A DNA stretch of 64,000 nt, taken from Octopus sinensis (taxonomy: Eukaryota). Below the pieces are notes generated by a model, which did no database searches, was not told where the DNA came from, and saw only the letters and a list, made by a program, of their open reading frames with translations. Location of the stretch: contig NC_043003.1 of assembly GCF_006345805.1 (NCBI RefSeq), positions 3,968,001 through 4,032,000 of the forward strand. Reading direction: 5' to 3'. Shown in pieces: positions 48,544 to 61,158 of this stretch (the stretch's first letter is position 1; each line of letters starts with the position of its first letter). Made by a program: the position numbers and the translations under genes.

Positions 48544-50049
48544 GTAAGTGCTGATTCTTCCCTTTGATGTTTGAACATTAAGGAATGCCTCAGATAATGG
48601 CCTCTCTATATTTCCTCTAAGCCCTCTGGTCTGTCATCACATCCACCAGAAAATGGTAAACTAGAAGCTAGCAGACATTGTGTTGTTTCTTCTCTTTTAA
48701 ATTTTCACAGCACACACACACACACACACATGTAAGCAAATATATACAGAACCTTTATTTAGAGTAGGATGCTATCAGTTTTGAGGGGAGGGGTTAGTTG
48801 ATGCCATTGACCCCAGCACCTGAACAGTATTGTATTTCATCAACCCCAGAAGAATGAGACGCAAAGTTGACCTGAGTAGGGTTTTGTAAAGAGCCAGAAG
48901 AAATAGCACAAGGCATTTTTTTTAATGCTCAACCGACTCTCCATCCTGGCCAGGGTTGGCCGAAACTCCTGCATGTTGCACCCTGATCCCCTTCCTAATG
49001 GCAACCATTTCTTGCTTCTCAGGTGTGCTCCCATATTTTATGTCTTTGCATTTTGGTGGGTGTCTGCGTTGCTGGCCTTTCAGTTTGTGGTGAGCTTAAC
49101 AACATGCCCACCACTATCGATGGAGTGCTGATACAAAAACAGACAGAAGCAAACATTATATCAGGCTGGGTGTGGGGAGTAATCAGGGTGGAGCTGGAAA
49201 GATGGTGGTGAAGAGGTGGCTGGGTGGACCCCTAAGGACAGAAGAACAAAGGAAAGTGGGTGAGTATAGGTTGCGAGAAAGAAAGAGTGAGTGAGGGGTG
49301 TTTAGGCATGGAGTAGAGGTGGGAGTGAATATACTGAATGATGAACAACGGTTGGGGAATGTGGGGGGGGGTGTCAGTGATAATTATGAGTGGGTTGGAA
49401 GGTAGAGAAGAGTAGGCGTTGACTGGCAGTACAGGAGGGGGTGAAGAACAGAATAATAATAATAATGATATATATTAGTGACAGAGACAGAGTAGTAATA
49501 CTGAAAGGTAATATTTAGCCTCAATCATGGATGCTCTGTTAGAACAAACTATACTGTGGTAAATATTATGAGAGAAACTCTCAATAATAATAATAATAAT
49601 AATAATACAGTAGGTAGGTAAAGGATGAGAGAAAGGGAGATGATATGTGAGAGGGTAGGTTGCAAGTGTGAGTGGAGAGACACAGTGTGTGGGGAGAATG
49701 AGAGATGTATGGTGTTAGGGACAAGTGAACATGAAATGGTTCAGTGAAGGAGATAGAGAGGTAATTTGACAGCCATGAAGGGTGGAGTGATCAATGTAAA
49801 ATGTGAGTGAAGAGTGACAGCCTTAAAAATTAAGAATAGATGTCAAGGGAAATGGTTGCAGTGAGGAAGATGGCTAGTCTCACTGAAGAGATTATAAAAT
49901 ATGTCATCGTACCTGCATTTAATTACAGCAATTGATGATAAATTAATTACAGAGATCGATGATAAAGAGATGATAGGATGGAGGAGAAGGCTTGACAAGG
50001 AAATTGGGTGAGGGCCCAAGTTGTGTAAACACACATGGACCTTCCAGAA

Positions 50050-50165
50050 ACTCAGAGCAGCACATATTGCCAGGCATCCTGGTCCTTCGTCTTCTCCTTC
50101 AAGATTCAGCGTCCTGAGATCAGAATTCACTGCTTTGTTCTACATCTGGCTGGACACTGTTTCTT
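50050..50165 (-). pseudogene. RTE LINE RT C-terminal scrap
   Basis: SDLRTLNL..KTKDQDAWQYVLL-like reading with frameshift. Confidence 0.55.
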
Positions 50166-51768
50166 CCCCTTCCCTCTCTCCTCTTCTTTGCTCTGACTCT
50201 CGCAAATACAACAACAACAACAAAATCTTATGGGAAAGCCTCTAGAAATGGTAGCTGCATTTCTCTCATATTGTCAGAAATGACACAGGATGGTCATGGC
50301 CAGACAATGTTCGGTGAAGGCTGATGTGAGGTTAGGCAATTACAACAATAATAGGTCAGTGGATGTGCTAGAAATAGCTGTCAAAAATGCCTTAAATTCC
50401 ATCCCACTGTCATTGGACAACATAGATACATGATAACTGTATAACAGTTGGGGTGGTCATGGCTGAACTGTTGTTTAATCGAAGTTAACCTGAGGCTAAA
50501 CAACACAATTACACCAGGAATATCATCATCATCATCACCGTCATCGTCATCACCACTGTGTCGTCATCACCACCACCGTCGTCATCATCAGGTGAAGCTG
50601 CAGCGACACAAAGTTCCCGATGAACTCGTTGACGAAACCTCGTTTCGTTAAGGTCGCATATTTTTTAATTTGACTGTGAACGAGAATTATTTTAGTTTTC
50701 GGAGTGAACCTGATTTCGTTGTGGCCGACTAAATATTTACGTAGCCGCAGGGTTTGTTCATCCTAGTTTAGTCACTGAACTTTCTCTTCCTAACTTCACT
50801 TATTTTGATAAATACTAAACTAATTCCTTGATAAAACAGAAGGTTGTGGAAAATTAGTCTGAGAGAGACAAACACCCCTCCCCCCACCGCCTGCCTCCGC
50901 CAACTTCACAACAGATGTACAGCACTGCACACTTTGCTGTTGTTGGTGTTGGTGTTGTTGTTGTCGGTGGTGGTGGTGGTGGGTGGCGGTGTTTGTTGTG
51001 TATTATTTTATATCAAACAATAACTTTGTTTTTAATGTCACACCCATTACAGATGGGAGGGTCACCTATGGAACCTCCACCACTCGTGTTTGAACAAATT
51101 TGTATTTTTTTCCTTTCTGGAGTGACTTTAGCAGTAATTAAGCTCACTGTGTGTGTGTGTGTGTGTTTGTGACAGACAAGATGTATGCGTGTATGGGGAA
51201 ATATGTGTGTGTGTGAGAGTGATAGAGGGATTCTGTATGTGTGTGTGTGTGTGTATGTGAGTGAAGAGACAAAGACACCATGTGTGTGTGAGCGAGAAAG
51301 GAGAGAGAGAGAGAGAGAGACTATAAGTATGCGTGTGTGGTACTATGTGTTGGAGGGTGTTAGGGTGATCGTTGTGTGTGTAAGACTATGTGTAGCTCAG
51401 TGTGCGTGTTATCCAAACACATGCGTAGATGCAGCGTGGATGAAAGGTTTGCGTTGCATTTGCGAGGTCTTGAGTTCAATCTCACCATGAGCTATCTCGG
51501 GTGATTCCCACGCATCACAGCCTCCTCAGGTTGATCCAAGTCTCATGAACAAAGTTAGGGAGACAGAAACTGTACTGAATCCTGGCAGGTAGATTTTTAC
51601 CTGTAATTCTAAAGATCCAACCTCATCGCTGGGGACATCTTTCCGTGGAGTACTCAGCCACATGAACCATAACAAAGCTATGAAGTAGTTTCTATTGATG
51701 AAACAAATATCCATTGTTAAACATTGTCACCCTTTAACGTCTGTTTCCCATGCTGGCATGGGTTAGAT

Positions 51769-52111
51769 CAGGGGTTCTCAAACTTTTTGGGCCACTGCCC
51801 CACCCTCATGACCACATAATACCCCCAGCGCCCCACCCCTATTTTTATTTATAAGTAAATATTCCATATTTTACTAAGTTATATATCCCATGAATCACTT
51901 GATATTGAATATAATATTATATAATTTGTATACAATACTATAATACTATTATAATAAATTCATAGCGCCCCTCCCCCCCAATCTATTGCCTTCCTCCCAA
52001 CGATTCCTTTTTCTCTACCCCCCCCCCCCACTGCCCCCTTAGGCACCAGTGCCCACCTGGACTGTCTCAATGCCTACTGGAGGGCAGTAGCGCCCACTTT
52101 GAGAACCTATG
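51769..52111. mobile_element. hAT MITE with 8-bp TSD nested in a family A copy
   Basis: GGTTAGAT|CAGGGGTTCTCAAA...TTTGAGAACCTATG|GGTTAGAT; family A sequence continues on both sides. Confidence 0.9.
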
Positions 52112-54314
52112 GGTTAGATGGTTCAGCAGGAGCTGGCAAGGCTGGAGAGGTGCACCAGCTTCGTTTGTCTGTTTTGGTGTTTTGGGTTTGCATGGCTGGA
52201 TGCTCTTCCTAACAGCAAACCACTTCACAGAGAAGATTTGATAGCTTTTCGGTTAATCCATTGATTGTTTATTTCTGTTGTTGGTTTCAATCATTGGACT
52301 GTGACCAAGCTGGAGCACCAGTCTCAAGGGTCCGAACAGATTAAATCAACCCCCAGATACTTATTTTATAACTGACCCTGAGAGGTTTGAAAGTCAAACC
52401 TCTCAGAAGCAGTAGGATTTGAAATCACAACTTGTGTCGTAATCAGATTGTGCAGAGGTTTTATCTGGTGCACAACCAGTTCTGTCACACACCAGCTCAT
52501 ATTTAATTTCCAATTGTGACCATCCAGTCTCTGTTAGGGACCATGTTCTATTTGTTTTCTAACTGCAGACAGTCATGTGCTCTGATGTAGGATTCAATAC
52601 ATGGGTCACTCTAAAGATCTGGCAGACTTAATCCAAAATGTCCAGTGTTGTTTGCAGTCTCTTAATTAGACCTTGTTTCATACGTTCTGAGTGATATAAA
52701 GGTTTCCTTTCGCAAGCCCCAAATTATTCTCGGGCTTGAAAAATGATAGCTATGTGTATCATATAGGATGCCTGGGAAATATTTCCTGTGTATCACATGG
52801 GATGCATACATCATTATCATCATCATCATCACACATCCATTTTCCATGCTGGCATGGGTTGGATGGTTTGACTGAGGTCTGGAGAGCCAGTGGCTGCACC
52901 AGGCTCCAGTCCGATCTGGCAGTGTTTCTACAGCTCGATGCCCTTCCTAATGCCAACCACTCCGATGGTGTAGTGGGTGCTTTTTACGTGCCACCGGCAC
53001 AGTATACAGTCAAAGAGTTAATGTTATTGGTCATGAAACTCTGCTACAGGCCTTCATTCTCTCCCTCTCCCCACTTACCTACTCCATCTCTCATCCTTCA
53101 TCTTAACTCTCCCCTCCTTTATAACCTCGTCATATTTTATGTCCACATGTGGCTATAATAACCATTCTTTGGCTCTCACAGACTCTGGATTACTTTTCTT
53201 TCTTTAATAAAATGACGTTTCACCAGCAGAAAGTTTCAGGAGAACTATCACAATTGAATTTATCTTTGTTTAATCTGACTCTTATTGTTTTCTTTTACCT
53301 CACACACACACACACACACATAAACTTGTATATGTCTGCTTGTTGACATAATAATATCTGTACCTCTGTTACCATTAAACAGCTCCAGCTTATTTCTCTC
53401 TAATATTGCCAGATTTCAACAAATGGTTTCACTTATTTCTGTTGTCAATGTTCGTTTTGGACCTATAGGTCATGCTGTCACACACACAACTTTACTTTGT
53501 CCTTTTGTTGTTTCAGGTTAACATTTTTTATTTTTTTCCCCCTTTTCCTAAATATCACTGTTCTGACTTGATTAAATCTTTGTTATCTTCAATCTCGGTG
53601 AAAAAAAAAAGAAAATCTCTCAATTGTATGGAATGATATGGCAAGAAAGAAATTTGTTAAATCAGTTGACATATGTGGAGATGTTGTGGGGAAAACTGAG
53701 ACTTTGGTGGCGCTTGTTTTTCTTACTTGTCTCCTCCCATCTGTAACCTTTGGGAAGCTTTTCACCGAAACCTTTCTGGCCCCCAACACAACATCCTTGT
53801 TTACAATTGTTATTCATTAACTCCACACCATATTACATTTCCTCCTTTGTCAAATGTGTTGGGAAATTACAAGCAAGGTTGAATTTAGTGTAGGAAATTT
53901 CACATCTAGATAATAAACACGGAGTTGAAGTAGATGGAATTTCTGTGAAGGAACATGACTAAAAAGGTTACTATGCCTTAGATGAAAGGAACAAACCAGG
54001 AACTGGGTTACAGTTCAGAGATGGATGTTATAATTCTTAAAGACAGATACCAAGTTTTTACAGTATTTCTCTGTTACCCACATTTCACAGACATTTCAGA
54101 TTTCTTTATTAAAGTAAAAACATACAAAGTTTCTTTGAAACATCATGTATGCACAGCTGTGGCAGTGTGCTAAGAAGTTTTCTTCAACTTCATAGTTCCA
54201 GGTTCAGTCTCATTCCATGGCGCCTTGGGCAAGGGTCTTCTACTACAGCCTAGGAGAGACTTAAGTCTTGTGAGTGAATTTGGTGGATGGGAACTGAAAG
54301 AAGTCCATCGTCAA

Positions 54315-54345
<31 letters not shown>

Positions 54346-54347
54346 CA

Positions 54348-54430
54348 CAGTAATTCTTTGACTATGTTGGGTGTTATGTTCCAAAACTCCCTGCAACAGG
54401 TGAAAATCTGTGAAGTAGAAACAGTACCGT
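54348..54430 (+). mobile_element. Tigger-like left-end remnant
   Basis: CAGTAATTCTTTGACTATG...GTGAAAATCTGTGAAGTAG. Confidence 0.45.
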
Positions 54431-54952
54431 ACATTTTATTCTTTTATTCTTTTACTTGTTTCAGTCATTTGACTGTGGCCATGTTGGAGCACCGCCTTTA
54501 GTCGAGCAAAATGACCCCAGGACTTATTCTTTGTAAGCCTAGTACTTATTATATTGGTCTCTTTTGCCATACCACTAAGTTACGGGGACATAAACACACC
54601 AGCATTGGTTGTTAAGTGATGGTGGGGGGGGGGGACAAACACTGACACACACACACATACATATATACGATGGGCTTCTTTCAGTTTCCATCTACCAAAT
54701 CCACTTACAAGGCTTTGGTTGGCCTGAGGCTATAGCAGAAGACACTTGCCCAAGGTGCCATGCAGTGGGACTGAACCCAGAATCATGTGGTTGATAAGCA
54801 AGTTACTTACCACACACCCACTCCTGCGCCTGCTATTTATTTTTTAATTTTAAAACTTTTGAAAACAAGACATTTGTACTCAGAGCCAGAAGCAGTTTCA
54901 GCTGGGTTGGTATCAAAAGGGTTAAGAATTGTTTCTCTATTACATATTTTAA

Positions 54953-55170
54953 CCCTTTTCTTACCATATTTCTGTTAAGATGCTCTGTGTTTCTTTCAAT
55001 TAATTTTAAATATAACAAAAGAATTTAGTAAAATAACTTAGTTATCATTAAAGCTATGAACATAAATTGTGACTAAGATTTGGTGGAAGATTTTAATTCA
55101 AAACTTATGAAAACAAGACATTTGTACTGCAGAGCCAGAGGTGGTTTCAGCCAGGTTGGTATCAAAAGGG
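54953..55170. mobile_element. piggyBac-type MITE
   Basis: TTAA|CCCTTTTCTTACC...GGTATCAAAAGGG|TTAA; partial copies at 54862-54925 and 42895-42994 (minus). Confidence 0.88.
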
Positions 55171-55995
55171 TTAAGGGATTAGGAAGGGCATCCAGCTGTA
55201 GAAACCATGTCAAAGCAGAAACTGGAACACGAAACCATTCACTCCAGTATGTAATACAGATATTAGATGATGACGATGATGATGATACTTCTCTGTAAAT
55301 GTAAATATTTGGTACTGTCAATGGAATTTGAACTTGTGTATGATTTACTCCCAGAATGTAATGATTGTGATGTAATTACTGGCTTCCTTCATTTACCATT
55401 AATTTGGTGCTGTTTTAATTCTCTGATCACACTTTCATTTTCGGCCTTATGGTAGAATGAGAAAGCTTACTATACAAACTGACGGAGACCCCGGAGTGAG
55501 TGAGTGGAGTAGAAGAGTGTGTGTAACAGTCTAACAATCTCTGTTATAATTTGTTTAGTAAGATGGAATAGAAAATGGTAAAGACGTCAGAGATTCAAGA
55601 TTAAAATAGAATCTTGTTTGACGTTCTTGATTGCTGTTGGCCAAACTTTAGAGAATTTCCTGATAAAAATGAACAAATTAATTGTATCTTTTCTTCAGTT
55701 GGGAAATCTTTGAGAAATTACTTTGGTATATTTTTTCATTTTCAGATCTTAAATTAACTTTTGACGTTTATATTCTTCGCAGTTTTACCATCTGGTTTGG
55801 TTCAGTGAGTTCAGCTGCCAGGCAGCAGTTCCTGGTTTCTTTCTCTCTCCTCTGGGAACAACACTCTGTCAAGTACCAAATGTTGTTATTGTGTAAGAGA
55901 TCTCTGTTAATCTTAACACAAAATGTGAATGGAACTAAATCCTGCTCAAACTGTTTTACAATAATCCTTCCTATCTGTGACGGAAGATTCCTTAC

Positions 55996-56028
55996 CAATG
56001 TTAGAATAAACAAATTTACAATGTCATT
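55996..56028 (-). other. Candidate 33-nt microexon
   Basis: TTTTCCTTTTCTTTTCAG|...CATTG|GTAAGG; phase 0 frame NDIVNLFILTL is open. Confidence 0.25.
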
Positions 56029-57370
56029 CTGAAAAGAAAAGGAAAAGAGAATAATGGTTTGATTCAGCCTGTTCCTGCTTTATTTCTTTAGTTGTCTTGA
56101 AAAGAGAAGAATTATTAAGATTTTGGTTTCCTTTTTTTATATTTTTTTATGTCTGTCCTTGTGTGTGATTTTTGGCATCGACATTAACCCCTTCACTTGA
56201 TCATAACATCATCATCATCGTCATTTAACGTCCGCTTTCCATGCTGGTATGGGTTGGACGATTTGACTGAGGTCTGGCGAACCGGACTCCAATCTGATCT
56301 GGCAGAGTTTCAACAGCTGGATGCCCTTCCTAACGCCAACCACTCTGAGAGTGTAGTGGATGCTTTTATGTGCCACCAGCATGAGGGCCAGTCAGATGGT
56401 ATGGCAATGGCTACGCTCAAATGGTGTTTTTTACGTGTCTCCCGAACACAAGCCAGTCCAGCGGCACTGGCAACAACCTCACTCAAATGTTTTTTCACGT
56501 GCCACAGGCACAAGTGCCAGTAAGGCGACACTGGTAATGATCATGCTTGAATGGTGCTTGGTGTATCGCAGGTTATTATTTAAGTTTGCGTCAATCCTTC
56601 CATGGCGTTGTTTTGCATTTATAATAAAATAAATATAAAGAAATTATGAAAATGATTTTTAAAAAATAAACAGTAGGCACAGGAATGGCTTATCAACCAC
56701 ATGGTTCTGGGTTCAGTCCCACTGTGTGGAACTTTGGGCAAGTGTCTTCTACTATAGCCTCAGGCCGACCAATGTTTCACTCGAATGTTTCCCGTGCCAC
56801 CAGCACAAGTGCCAGTAAGGCAACCTGTAGATAAACATGCCCCATCCCTCTCCTTAGCTAACGGTGGCTGCTACTAATCTTTTACAGGAAAATACAAACT
56901 AAAAAAAAAACAAACAGCCCAAATCTTTGACTATTTTGAGAAAAGAATTAATTTTGGTGAATTTTTTTTTAATCTTTTCTTCCTTGTCCTTCCTTCTCGA
57001 TGAAGTGAGAGTCACACATTTGCTGGACCCAGTGGGCAGGGAGAGGCCAGTTTTAAAGGTATACCTGCGTTGTTTCCCAATAAAACTGTACCTGACTAAA
57101 AAAAATTTTAATGTTCTGGGGTTGATTAGTTCTACTAAATTTCTTCAAAGTAGTGCCCCAGGATGGCTGCAGTCTAATGACTGCAACAAGTAAAAGATGA
57201 CCGATACCCAAAGCTTCTGTGGTTTTATTTAGCAACCTTTGACCGTATTTTATTGAGCACCCCCTCCTACTCCTCCTCCCTCCTTCACCCCTGTTGATCT
57301 TTGATGTGTTGAAGTTCAAGGCAGGCAAAATGTTTTTTTTTTAATTCTATAATTTAGTTCATGAACTGAC

Positions 57371-57508
57371 CCCTTTACAAATGTATTGTCCTCTTTACAA
57401 GTGGACTGTCTCCTTTGCAAGTGGACTGTCCCCTTTACAAATGTATTGTCCTCTTTACAAGTGGACTGTCCCCTTTACAAGTGGACTGTCTCCTTTGCAA
57501 GTGGACTC
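57371..57508. repeat. 20-bp minisatellite, 7 copies
   Basis: CCCTTTACAAGTGGACTGTC variants in A-B-C-A-B-B'-C order. Confidence 0.9.
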
Positions 57509-57884
57509 TGCCCCTCCATCCTTAGAACTGCTGGAACAAAGGAGTCCCCATTCGACCCCCCCCCCGTTTCTTCATCTGTACTTGTTATATAACAACACTG
57601 GTTGTATTTGCTAAATCTACATACATGTTATTGTTTCTACTGACTGATGTATATATGATATTGCTGGAATTACGTATGCGTATGTACAACATATACATAC
57701 ACACACACATATATAAAAGAGAGAGAGAGTGAGAGAGAAGAGCCATGTGGCTGCCATATTGCCACAGCTGCCATTTCCAACTTCATCACTTGTTTCCACT
57801 TAACCCATCCATTTTGCTTTTTCTTTGCCTTCTTCCTAACCCTGCACTGTTTGTCTATCTAGGTTTAGTTCTCTACCTGTCCAC

Positions 57885-58312
57885 TTGTCTGTCTGTCTGT
57901 CTCTCTCTCTGCTTCTCTCTCTCTCTGCTTCTCTCTCTCTCTCTGCTTCTCTCTCTCTCTTTCTGCTTCTATCTCTCTCTCTCTCTTCCTGCTTCTATTT
58001 CTCTCTCTGCTTCTCTCTCTCTCTCTCTGTGCTTCTCTCTCTCTCTGTTTATCTCTCTCTCTGTTTATCTCTCTCTCTGCTTCTATCTCTCTCTGCTTCT
58101 ATCTCTCTCTCTCTGTGCTTCTCTCTCTCTCTGTTATCTCTCTCTCTGTTTATCTCTCTCTCTGCTTCTATCTCTCTCTGCTTCTATCTCTCTCTCTCTA
58201 TCTCTCTCTCTCTATCTCTCTCTCTCTGCTTCTATCTCTCTCTCTCTCTCTCTCTCTTCCTGCTTCTATCTCTCTCTCTGCTTCTCTCTCTCTCTCTCTC
58301 TCTCTCCTTCTG

Positions 58313-58346
<34 letters not shown>

Positions 58347-58370
58347 TGCTTCTCTCTCTCTCTCTTGTCT
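57885..58370. repeat. Cryptic (CT)n array with GCTT/AT interruptions
   Basis: Repeated CTCTCTCTGCTTCTATCT. Confidence 0.9.
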
Positions 58371-58829
58371 AACCCAAGACAGATAGGAGTGGGGAATAAA
58401 GAAATGGAGAAGCACTTGCTGCTGGACATCTTCCTTCTGCTGACCACTGAAGTTTCAAAATTGACGTTGAGCCTGTCGTCAGTCCATCCGACTGAGGCGC
58501 TGTCTTACTTCAGATGCAAAGTGTCTCAAGTAGTGGACACACGGTCAGTTGTCAGTCCACACCTCTCTCCTCACACAGGCTCAAACTCCATTTCATCCGA
58601 GAGAATATTGAAGTGGTCAGCTGGAGGAAGAGGAGGAGGAGAAGTAGTAGGAAGGGGAGGAAAGACATGCGAGTGATGGTGTGAGTTGGACAGAACTGCA
58701 AGTGGAGGAGGAGGAGGAAATGTTGAAGATGAGAAACAAGGTATATGAGGGAGGTGGGGGTGTTAGTTGAGAACATTGGCCTCCGAATACTTGACTTGGA
58801 CTTTATTTGATCAAAGCCAAAAAATGCAA

Positions 58830-58965
58830 CACGGAATTTTGCCAGTGAACAGGTCGAGGTCTCAGAGCGCTGAAAATATTTTGACAAATTAAATTTAAAT
58901 GTTGAAGTGAATCTAACAGTTTTTGTGTGTTTCTTAAATGGCTTATAAACATCTTCCACGCTGCA
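58830..58965 (+). mobile_element. Single-arm copy of the 3126-3395 family
   Basis: CAGTGAACAGG...GACAAATTAAATTTAAATGTTGAAGTGAATCTAAC...CTTCCACGCTGCA. Confidence 0.85.
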
Positions 58966-59727
58966 CAGAAAAAAAATAGTTGAATGACAAAGTGAACCCT
59001 GGCAGGATTTGAAACGAGAGCATGAAGGGCCGAAGGAAATGATGTTAAACAGTTTGACATCCTAACAATTCTGCCAGTTCACCACCATAATAATGATGAC
59101 GATGATGATGATGATAATAATAATGATAATAATAATAATAATAATAATAATAAAGATAATGATAACAATAATGTTATATGTGAGAAGATGACACTAAGCA
59201 TATATTTTTTTGTGTTGTTGATCTTTTATCAAACCTTTGTACTTTTTCAATTAGAACACTCTAATGTTACACCACTTGATCCGATCGGTATCAATTGGCT
59301 CTGTATTCTTGAAGACACAGTTACCCCCTCCCCACTATCGAGAGAGAGGGACACACAGACAGACAGACAGATAAAGTTTCATGAGAGAGAATCTGATAAG
59401 GTTAATATTTTATTTTGTTTTTAAGGTGGCAGGGTAATATTTCACTGTTAAACACTGAGTTTTGGCTTGATGTGGGCCATTGACCTTCTAAGTTGTTACC
59501 ATGCCGGGGTGGGGTGGGGTTATTGGGGGGGGGTGATATGTCAAAGTTATTTAGTATCCGTCCTGGTTGGGTCACGCTATTACTGAACTAATAGCAAATA
59601 CGGTTAATGTATACAAGGAAGTCGGAGATTTTGTAGAGCCAACCTTCATCTTGTTCGCAGTTTCCTCAACAAACCATTTGTTTGGGTCTGAGTAAACTGG
59701 TGTTGTTTTGTGTTGATGAAAGTCAGT

Positions 59728-60492
59728 AAACCATCACCATCTTCATCATCACCACCACCACCACCACCACCATCAACATCATCAATAACATCATCATCAT
59801 CATCACCACCATCAATACCATCAACATCATCAACATCATCATCATCACCATCATCATCACCACCACCATCAACATCAACATCATCATTATCATCACCACC
59901 ATCAATACCATCATCATCACCATCACCATCATCATCACCATCAACATCATCACCACCACCATCAACAACATCATCACCACCATCAACATCATCATCACCA
60001 TCAACATCATCACCACCACCATCAATATCATCACCATCATCATCACCACCACCATCAACATCATCATCATCACCACCACCATCATCATCATCACCATCTT
60101 CATCATCACCACCACCACCACCATCAACATCATCAATAACATCATCATCATCATCACCACCATCAATACCATCAACATCATCAACATCATCATCATCACC
60201 ACCAACATCATCACCACTGCCATCAACATCAACATCGCCGTCATCATTATCATCACCACCATCAATACCATCATCATCATCACCACCATCACCATCATCA
60301 TCATCACCACCACCATCAACATCATCACCACCATCAACATCATCATCACCATCAACATCATCACCACCACCATCAACAACATCATCATCACCATCAACAT
60401 CATCACCACCACCATCAATATCATCACCATCATCATCACCACCACCATCAACATCATCATCACCACCATCATCACCATCATCATCATCATCT
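59728..60492. repeat. Mixed (CAT/CAC/CAA)n trinucleotide array with an internal duplication of about 360 bp
   Basis: CCATCTTCATCATCACCACC...TCAATAACATC recurs at about 59735 and 60093. Confidence 0.9.
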
Positions 60493-60883
60493 AATGTCCT
60501 CCAATGCTTGCATGGGTCAGATGGAATTTGTTGAGGCAGATTTCTCTATGGCTGGATGCTCTTCATATCACCAACCCTCATTTATTTCCAAGGAAGCTAA
60601 TATTTCCCCTTGAAATGTAAACATGTTTTCGTGGAAGATTGGACATGAACAACACTGCTTGTATGACAGAGGGATTCATTTACAACTGTCAGGCAAAGGA
60701 GACAATCATACACACACACACACACAGAGTCCACTGTGTAAAGAGGTTGGCATTAGGAAGGGCATCCAGTTGGAAAAACCATGCCAAAAAAGACAGTGAA
60801 GCTTGGTACAGTCCTCTGACTTGCCAGCCCCTATCAAATGGATCTTAAATGATGATGATGTATATATATATATATATATATAT

Positions 60884-61047
60884 AGGTGCAGGAGTGGCTA
60901 TGTGGTAAGAAGTTTGCTTCCCAACTGCATGGTCCCGGGTTCAGTCCCACTGCATGGCACCTTGGGCAAGTGTCTTCTACAGTAGCCTCTAGCCGACCAA
61001 AGCCTTGTAAGTGGATTCGGTAGATGGAAACTGAAAAGAAGCCTGTC

Positions 61048-61107
<60 letters not shown>

Positions 61108-61158
61108 TTGTCCCCACCCCTATCGCTTGACAACTGATGTTGAGGTGTTTACGTCCCT
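60884..61158 (+). mobile_element. SINE family B, 3'-truncated
   Basis: GGTGCAGGAGTGGCTATGTGG...GAAGCCTGTCG(TA)n(TG)n TTTGTCCCC. Confidence 0.8.

Noticed and set aside
50617-50650. CCGATGA...GAAAC motif
   Set aside because: Stems I and II do not pair.
53490-53525. Second AG|GT recursive site (TTTCAG|GTTAAC)
   Set aside because: The regenerated donor is weak and no downstream donor was found.
57745-58676. 213-aa and 263-aa Leu/Ser ORFs
   Set aside because: Read-through of a (CT)n array.
59710-60534. 274-aa Ser/Pro/Thr-rich ORF (mucin-like) and antisense Met/Val ORF
   Set aside because: Entirely a CAT/CAC/CAA trinucleotide array, which is stop-free by composition; no splice or domain evidence.
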